This document shows, piece by piece, positions 56,761 through 64,000 of a stretch of DNA of 64,000 nt (position 1 is the first letter of the stretch; each line of letters begins with the position of its first letter). The stretch covers positions 868,001 to 932,000 of the forward strand of contig JAYWIR010000023.1 in the NCBI GenBank assembly GCA_036172245.1. The letters are read 5' to 3'. The notes beneath the pieces are model-generated. The model had not been told where the DNA came from and searched no databases. It saw nothing but the letters and a program-made list of their open reading frames with translations. This stretch comes from Raillietiella orientalis. Its lineage: Eukaryota. Made by a program: the position numbers and the translations under genes.

Positions 56761-59700
56761 TGCCGGGACTCGCCACCTGCCGTCAAATCCGCATCGCCAG
56801 TTGGAACGTCAACGGGCTTTGCGATGACGGCAGGAGACGAGACATAGCTGCCACCTTACAAGCCTTCGACCTTGTGCTGCTGCAGGAGATCCACGAGATC
56901 TCCGCAGAACATGCGCGGGAGATCGAGAGGATAGCAGGTGGTCAGCTAATGTGGCGATGCGGCCACTGCCGTACGCGCGGGGTCGCTTTCCTTCTGAAGC
57001 CTGCCTTACAACGTTCGGTGAGGAAAGTTCGTTTCAATGAGACAGGTCGGGTCGGGCAAATCACCTTCAGGTGGTCCGGCTCGATCGATCTCGTCGTCAC
57101 GAACGTGTACGCGCCGAGCGGCGGTCACGCGCGCGTGGCACGGACGGCATGCTTCCGTGCGTTCCAGCGCGACTGGCTGTCGGAGGCAGGCGCGCGCACG
57201 GCGCACCTGATAGCCGGCGATTTTAATATTCGCCTGCTATCAGGTGCGGCGAGGACAGAGGCCACCCCGGTTAACGAGATGTGCGCCACGGTGCACGCAT
57301 CCAACTTGTTGGCCGGGGACGCCGAGATGGAGCGGAGCGTGGACCACGTCTTCCTCGACGATCACCTGCGCTGTCGCGTGGGCAGGAGAGGTAAGATACA
57401 GTCCGCTGTCTCCGATCATTCCCTTGTGGAATTCGTCATTCGCCCGTGCGACAGGGGGCCCCCCTCGCAGGCGTGGCGTTTACCGGGGGACTGGCTGACG
57501 AAGCCAGGCGCAGGGGAACACCTCCTCGCGTTCTTGCGAGGTTTCAGCCTGCAGACGCTCGACGACTGGGACGATTTGAAAGTCTCGGTGCGAGAGTTCT
57601 GCCAACAGTTCCCCATGGACCGTCTCCCGAAAGGATTTGGAGAAGGTGTTCGGAACGATAGGGCTTACCTGCAGGCCCGTCGTTACACCCGAACACCCGA
57701 CGTCCGAAGACTGGCGGAATTTAAAGCTGGGGCCGAGAGGCAGGCCTGGCAATCCGGGTCGCCCAACCTGCTGGACGACGAAGGCCAGGAGCACTCGGCC
57801 CCGGCAGAGGTTTGTCACCCGGATATGCCGGGGCATTTATTATTCTAATTTGTTACAAAAATTAGATAATAAAGTCTTTAAAAAATGTTTTCTGTGGGGA
57901 ACACTGGGTTCTTCCACGCTACAATGTACTCGCTACCCGGTCTTTAGACCGGCGAGGTTCTCTCCCCAGGCGCTGGGGAAGGGGAAAAGGAAAACAAAAA
58001 ACAAAAAAGGAAATAACGGGGAGGGAAAGAGTTCTATGGGGAGGTGGGGGGTAGGGAAGGGATCACTGGGCGCCTGGCTCGGTCCTCCGCATCCTGTTTA
58101 GGATGCAGTCAAGTTCTGCTTTCACTGTGAAAGGTAGACGCCACCTTGTCGCCGTCTCCAAAGAGATCGTCGTCCAGTGGATGGCGTCCCTGCATCTTGG
58201 GCCTCTTCTTCTTGCGTGCCACCTTTGCACAATGCCGCGCACGCAGCAGAGGACTGCTAGAGACGCAGCGGGGCGCAGGCCGTCACGCAGAAAGAGGCGA
58301 CGGTAAATGTCCTTAGGGTCGCCTACTGGAAGATGGAGGATTGGGGCGATTCGACTCCAGAGTCCATCCAGGGCGACACACTCGAGGGTAAGATGCGGGA
58401 AGGTGAGCAGTGAGGCAGAGGTGAGCAGCCTAGTGCGCGGTTATTATTCCTCCCTGTACACCAGGGTGCCTCCGGACCGGGATTTTTCCCGGCTTTTGCT
58501 TCCGGATGGCGCCCCGGCGATCGGGGAGGAAGAGAGAGCACGCCTGGATGAGCCTTTCACGATGGGTGAAATCATCACCGCAATCGGGAAGCTCAAAAGG
58601 CGGAAGTCACCGGGGGAGGACGGCCTGCCCGCGGAGTTTTTTCAATGCTTCGCGGCGGAGCTTGTCCCCCTGGTGCAGCGGTTAACGCTGCTGATCCGGG
58701 AGGCAGGCGACGTTCCCGCCTCCTTCCGATCGGCACGGATGCGTCTTCTCCTGAAGGGAGGAGACTTACGGAACCTCAGCAATTGGCGTCCGATCACCGT
58801 TTCAAACGCGGACGCCAAGCTGCTTGCGAAGCTATGGTTGGAACGAATGGGGCGGATGGCGGAAAGCTTCATCAGCCCGGAACAGACATACGCTGTTCCC
58901 GGGCGAAGCATGGACGCCAACCTGCTCTTCGCGAACACCTGGTTCGAGTTCCAGCGATGTAGAGTAGATGAAAAGAATAAGGTCGGCACCCCGAGTTGCG
59001 GGACGTCCGCTGGTGGTTCGCGAGATGGTCGGGAGCGCGAGGGGGCCCTCGCGGTCGCAGTCGATCTGCGAAAAGCATTTGACTGCGTCGACCAAGAGCT
59101 CCTGCTGGAGCTAATGGAACGCCTGGGCTTCCCGGCCTCCTTATTAGCCTTTCTGCGCTCTTGCTGGCGCGACGCGCTGACCAATATTTCTTTCAGAGGA
59201 AGAAACGTGTTCGGTGTGCCGGTGCGCCGCGGGATACGGCAAGGTGACAGCTTGAGCCCCTTGCTTTTCAGCACCTACTTCGAGCTGGTGCTGAGGGCAT
59301 ACAGGGAGACTCTTGGTCGCCTGCCGCGCGTGTGCCCAGGTACACCGGCCGTGGCGTCTTATGCGGACGATCTTTTGCTGCTGCTCCCCATGTCCACCCC
59401 GGCGTCGGCGGTCGAAAACTTTTTCGAGCTGCTGCGTCGCGGGACAGGGCTGGAGGGGAACAGAGCGAAGTCGTCCGTGGTTGCAGCTGGTTCATCGCGG
59501 GCAGGGCAGCCGGATTGGTCTAGCTTGGGGATCCCCACGGTACCGTACTTTAAGTACCTTGGTGTGCCGTTGGGAAACTATTCCCCTGCGGAAGCGTGGT
59601 CTAGCTGCCTCCAAAAGGCCGAGAGAGCGATCGGCCCGTTCCTGGATGGCAAGTTTTTCTTGCCGGAACGGGCCGTGATGTGGAACACGTTTGTGGCCCC

Positions 59701-60932
59701 CCTTTTTCGCCCCTTGCTTTTTGTTTGCCCTCCACCCTGCGGTGTCAGAAAACGGACGAAGGACCTCCTCAGAATCGCCCTTTGGGGTAGAGGTAGGCCC
59801 CGAGTCCGTTTGAAGGACTTATGTGCCCCTGGTCGCGATGGAGGCCTCGGCCTCCTCACGCTGGAGCGGCTGGAACTGCAGCTGCAGTTCAGGACTAGGT
59901 CTAGTAGCGAAGCTATGGAGCACCAGCTGGTGCGAGCCTGCACGACGCCTTGTTCAGCGAGCTAGCAGCTGCGCGGGACTGTCTACCTTCCTGGCGCGCC
60001 GCAAACGCCGGTACCTGTTCCACTGCGGACTGGCACTTCGGCGAGTGGCGAAGCTGACCAGAACGAACACCTGGATCTCCTGCCGGCCCGCGAACGGTAC
60101 TTCCTGGTTGCAGGAAAGCCTTCGCACGTGGGCCCAGATCGAGGAAGCGAGCCCGGAGTTGCGGCAGCGAATGCTGCTCTCCTATCACAAGAGCCGCTCG
60201 CTGCAGGACATCATTGTGCAGCCCACCTTGAGCGCATGGGCTGAGAGGACCTCCCTTGCCACGGCTCTGTTCCACCTTAGGGAGCACCTGGGCAGTAGCC
60301 ATCCGGCGAAATGGGAAGTCCGGTGTAGTATCTCTGGAAGAGAGAGAGAGCAAGGTGGTTGGACCACGGGCCAGTTCACAGACGCTGCGACCCCAAGTGC
60401 TCCACCAAAGGGACTATTGCGCTGGGGCGAGCTGCTGAGCAACCCCATGGATGTACTCGAGTGGCCCCCGGTGCTGAAGACTACCCGGGCCCTCCACCTG
60501 AAGTGGCAGGAGTCGGCGTTCCTGGTGTTGCACTGGGGACTCCCCAGCAACGCCCGCCGTTCGCACTGGACGAGGGGGGCTGTGGACCCAAATTGTGTCA
60601 GGTGCGGGGAACGGGAAACCCTCCTGCACCTGCTTCTTGACTGTGTTGCCCTCCGGCCTCTGTGGTTGCGTTTCGCAACGGCCCTAGGAGCACCCACGAT
60701 CAACCCTAGAGACGTTCTGAAGCGCCTCTTTGTGCGTGATGCCCTTCGGCCTGCCGCAGCCCTTGCAGCCCTCTGCTGCCTACGAGGGATTGTAACGGCC
60801 TGGAGCACCGCCACTGGTGGACTGAACGACAGGGACATCTGCTCCGCCCTGCGTTTCCTAAGGACGGAAGCCAGATGGTCCCATTTGGGGCATATGCGGA
60901 CCGAACTTGTCAGCATCCTGGAATGGATGTAG
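56760..60932 (+). pseudogene. Element B ORF2 (APE endonuclease - RT - zinc finger), disrupted by insertion C and one frameshift near 59896
   Basis: APE motifs SWNVNG, LQE, NVYAP, GDFN, VDH, SDH; RT motifs KSPGEDG, NWRPIT, DLRKAFD, GIRQGDSLSP, YADD, KYLGVP; CVRCGERETLLHLLLDC. Removing C plus one TSD restores ...PAEVSSLVRGYY in frame. Confidence 0.92.
57812..58413 (-). mobile_element. Element C: ~600-bp 3' fragment of a related retrotransposon nested in ORF2 of B
   Basis: TSD GGCAGAGGT at 57803-57811 and 58414-58422. Minus strand encodes HLTLECVALDGLW...RRLFLRDGLRPAA... and ends AATAAATGCCCCGG-CATAT-CCGGGTG-ACAA. Confidence 0.9.
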
Positions 60933-61110
60933 AGGACGACTCCAGCGGAATGTGATCCCTTCCCCAACTCCTCCCTGCTTTTGTACATAGTGTTTTCTTT
61001 TTGTTTTTATTTGTCCTTTTCCCCCCCGCTGCCGAGTCGAACTCGCCAGCCTGCGTGCTTGCTACTCGGCAATTTCAAACTCTTTACTAGAACATTTTTT
61101 AGGACGCTGT

Positions 61111-61998
61111 TTATCACCCGGGTGCGCCGGGGCGTTTATTAAAAACTATCCGGGAACAGAGTTCCTGGACAAAGGGGAAGACAAGATACGAAGGAAGTGG
61201 GATCCCCAACACGCAGGTTGGTATGGCGAAAAGATGGAACGGGAGGGAGGGGACCACAAATAGACTACTATAAAAAATAAAAATAAAAATATGGTGGGCA
61301 GGGGACAGGGGTCTTTGGTTCGGCCGTTCCTTCCTTTCATAACCGGCGATGGATGCCGGCGATCTCTCTCCTCACGCTCTCTGGTAGGTGGACCCACTCG
61401 GCAGCCGACGACATGCTTGCGCTGGCTAATCCGGTGGGCTGACGAAGGATGGCCAGCTTCTCCAACTCTCAGTGGGCCTTGTCGATGGCGCGGGTGCAAC
61501 ACGGTTGCAACGACAGCACCCAAAGACAGGCCGCCTGGCGTGAAGAAGCGGCGCATCAAGTCCCTCGCGGTGTCCCCCTGGTGCAGGAGAGCTGATGTAG
61601 TCCCCTCCGCTAAAGTTCTAGAAGGGCACCGCAGTCCAGGAGCAGGTGCGGGAGCGTTTCCACTTCCCCGCACCGCTTACAGTTTGGGGAGACAACTCCC
61701 CCGGAAACACGGTTCGTCCGCTGGTTGGAGTGAAAACCCCAATGCACCAGCATGATGACGTCCTGCTTCCACGAAAGGGGGAACACAGAAGTGTTCAAAC
61801 AGGAGGGAGGGACCACAAGTTCTTCGGGGGCACACTCAAGTGTTCACTCCGCCGAAGGAGTCCCTTCGAGATGTGGCGAGGCGTGGCGGCGTCTGCCAGC
61901 TCGCAAGCCGACAATAGGTCGTGTTGCTCCTGCAATGTTGCAGGCGACCTCCCATCTCTCCAGTTCGCAGCTGTCATCTCTTGCCCTATCTCTCTTGC
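61111..61998 (-). mobile_element. Element D: ~890-bp 3' fragment of a related retrotransposon nested in the 3' UTR of B
   Basis: TSD TTTTAGGACGCTGT at 61097-61110 and 61999-62012. Encodes LVHWGFHSNQR...CKRCGEVETLPHLLLDC and ends AATAAACGCCCCGG-CGCAC-CCGGGTG-ATAA. Confidence 0.9.
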
Positions 61999-64000
61999 TT
62001 TTAGGACGCTGTAGGGGCAATAGCCCTACACTTGCTTGTTTGTTTTTATAAAAAAATAAACGCCCCGGTGCACCCGGGTGTAAAAGCAGCTCGCCCCATC
62101 TCATGAGTCCTCGCGGGAGGACACTTCGGGTCGTGGCGTCAACCAGCTGCCCCGTGGTCCAGCCGCTCATCAGCTTCTCTTTGCCTGCAATACGGCAGGA
62201 GACTTGCCACCGTGGCGTCCGGCTTCTGTGAAGCGCCTTCCTCAGGAAGGACATCGCCGTAGCTAGGGGGGTTGTCTCTGCCCAGGTGCTCCTCGCCGGA
62301 CACTCCAGTATCTTCCGCAGAGTGCAGCGGGAGTAGGCGCCGCGTCGCAGGCAGTTCCACATCTCTTCGTTCCTCTGATTTATCTTCGCCCACGTGCCAG
62401 TGGTCTCCTCCAGCCATGCGGAGGAGTTGGCGGGGCTGCATACCATCCAGCCGTTTTCCTTAGCCAGACTTGCCATGCGTCCCATGAGAAGGCCGCATCT
62501 CTTGATCTTCGAGCCACGGCACTGAAGATGAGTCGCGAGACCTTCCGTCCAGGATACACGGGTGGCAAGGAGGCGGGCCGGAACGCACCATGGGGTGCTC
62601 CATAACTTCGCTGCGATGGCGAGGGTGCGCCATCGCAGCTGAATCTCCACTCGCTCCAGCGTCAAGAGGCCGAGACCGCCATCACGTCGCGGAGCACTCA
62701 AGTCCTTCAACGGGACACGGGGCCTCCCTCTTCCCCAAAATGCAATTCTCAGGAGGTCCTTCGTCCGTTTCTTCAACTCCCGGGGGACGGGGCAAACAAA
62801 AAGCAGGGAGCAGAGGATGGGAGCCGCGAACGCGTTCCCCACCGCGGCCCGTTCCGGAAGGAGAAACTTGTCTTCCAGGAACGGGCCGATCGCCGTCTCA
62901 ACTTTTTGGAGGCAGCCGGACCACGCTTCCGAAGGGGAATAGTCCCCCAATGGCACATCAAGGTACTTGAGGTACCTCGCCGTGGGGATCCCCAAACGAA
63001 CCCAGTCCTGCTGCCCTGCCCACGCCGCACCAACTGGCACCACCAACGACTTCGCCCTGTTCACCTACAGTCCGGTCCCGCGGCTAAGCAGGTCGAAGAA
63101 TTCCCCGACTGCCTTTGCCGAGGTGGAGATAGGCAACAAGAGCAGAAGATCGTCGGCATAAGCTGCTACGGCGGGCGTGCCGGGGCACGAGCTCGGCAAG
63201 GGGGCCAACGTCACCCTGTACGCTCTCAGCACCAACTCAAAGTAGGTCCTAAAGAGCAGGGGATTCATTCTATCGCTCTGCTGTATGCCCCGCCGTACCG
63301 GCACGCCGTACGCCATTTGACTTCTGAAAGAGATATTAATTAGCGCGCTGCACCAGCAACAGCGCAGGAAGGTCAGTAGGGAGGGAGGGAAGCCCATGCG
63401 ATCCAGGAGCTCCAGCAGGAGATCCTGGTCCACGCAGTCGAACGCTTTATGCAGATCGACTGCGATCGCTAGGGCCCCCTTCCCCGCCTGGGTGTCCCGT
63501 CCCTGCCCGGCTGACGCCCCCAAAGTGGGGCTGCCAATCATTCCCTCTTCCTTATTTTCACTTCTCTGCACATGAAACCATGTGCTCGCGAAGAAGAGGT
63601 TGGCCTCCATACTTCGCCCGGGAGCAGCGTAAGTCTGCTCCGGGTTAATTATGGAATTGGTCACCTGCCCCAACCGCGACGCCCACAGTCCGGCGATCAG
63701 CTTGGAGTCCGTATTCACAATTGTGATCGGACGCCAGTTGCTGAGTTTTCTGAGGTCTCCTCCTTTCGGAAGGAACCTCACTCTGGCTGACCAAAACGAG
63801 GCGGGAACATCGCCTTCGTCTCGAATAAGCCTGGTCAACTGAAGCACCGGGGGGGCCAGCTCTTCCGCGAAGCACTGAAAGGACTCCGCAGGCAGGCCGT
63901 CTTCCCCTGGCGCCTTGCGCCTCTTGAGCATTTTAATCCCGGCGAGAATTTCGCCGGTCGTAAAGGGCTCGTCGAGGCTTTAGGTCCAGTGATTGTGTTG

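Larger units (their letters stand above)
55360..62083 (+). mobile_element. Element B: near full-length L1/Tx1-clade retrotransposon nested in A, itself interrupted by C and D
   Basis: TSD AAGCAGCTCGCCC at 55347-55359 and 62084-62096. ORF1 + ORF2 + 3' UTR ending AATAAACGCCCCGGTGCACCCGGGTG-TAA. Confidence 0.93.
54635..63981 (-). mobile_element. Element A: 5'-truncated L1/Tx1-clade non-LTR retrotransposon, in two pieces (62084-63981 and 54635-55359), split by element B
   Basis: RT motifs (KAPGEDG, NWRPIT, DLHKAFD, AYADD, KYLDVP) and CxxC zinc finger (CVRCGERETL). In-frame TAG at 63065 and a frameshift near 55150. TSD AGGTCCAGTGATTGT at 54620-54634 and 63982-63996; empty site at 43330-43344. Confidence 0.93.

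Noticed and set aside
56133..60988. Long antisense ORFs over the retrotransposon ORFs
   Set aside because: Expected shadows of GC-rich coding sequence.

Overview
Eukaryotic, most likely non-insect arthropod genomic DNA with many very short (39-60 nt) introns. It holds three intact host genes: urocanate hydratase (+, 12 exons, 2674-15631, 8.7-kb first intron), a GPR107/108-type 7TM Golgi protein (+, 8 exons, 23139-26059) and alpha-spectrin (-, 30895-42122). A decayed R2-superfamily (NeSL/Utopia-like) retroelement lies between the last two. Two things stand out. (1) An ~11.3-kb tandem duplication fused the promoter and first ~635 codons of alpha-spectrin in frame to the 3' exons of a FUBP/PSI-like gene. 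The resulting chimera has no stop or frameshift that I could find, but carries ~65 amino-acid replacements while most of its small introns are nearly unchanged. (2) A 9.35-kb nest of four divergent L1/Tx1-clade non-LTR retrotransposons (54635-63981) has every target-site duplication readable, and each nested copy is antisense to its host. The copies lack poly(A) tails, end in a conserved AATAAA + hairpin, and share a covarying CUGCGU-loop stem in the 3' UTR. All family assignments come from motif recognition by eye, not database searches.
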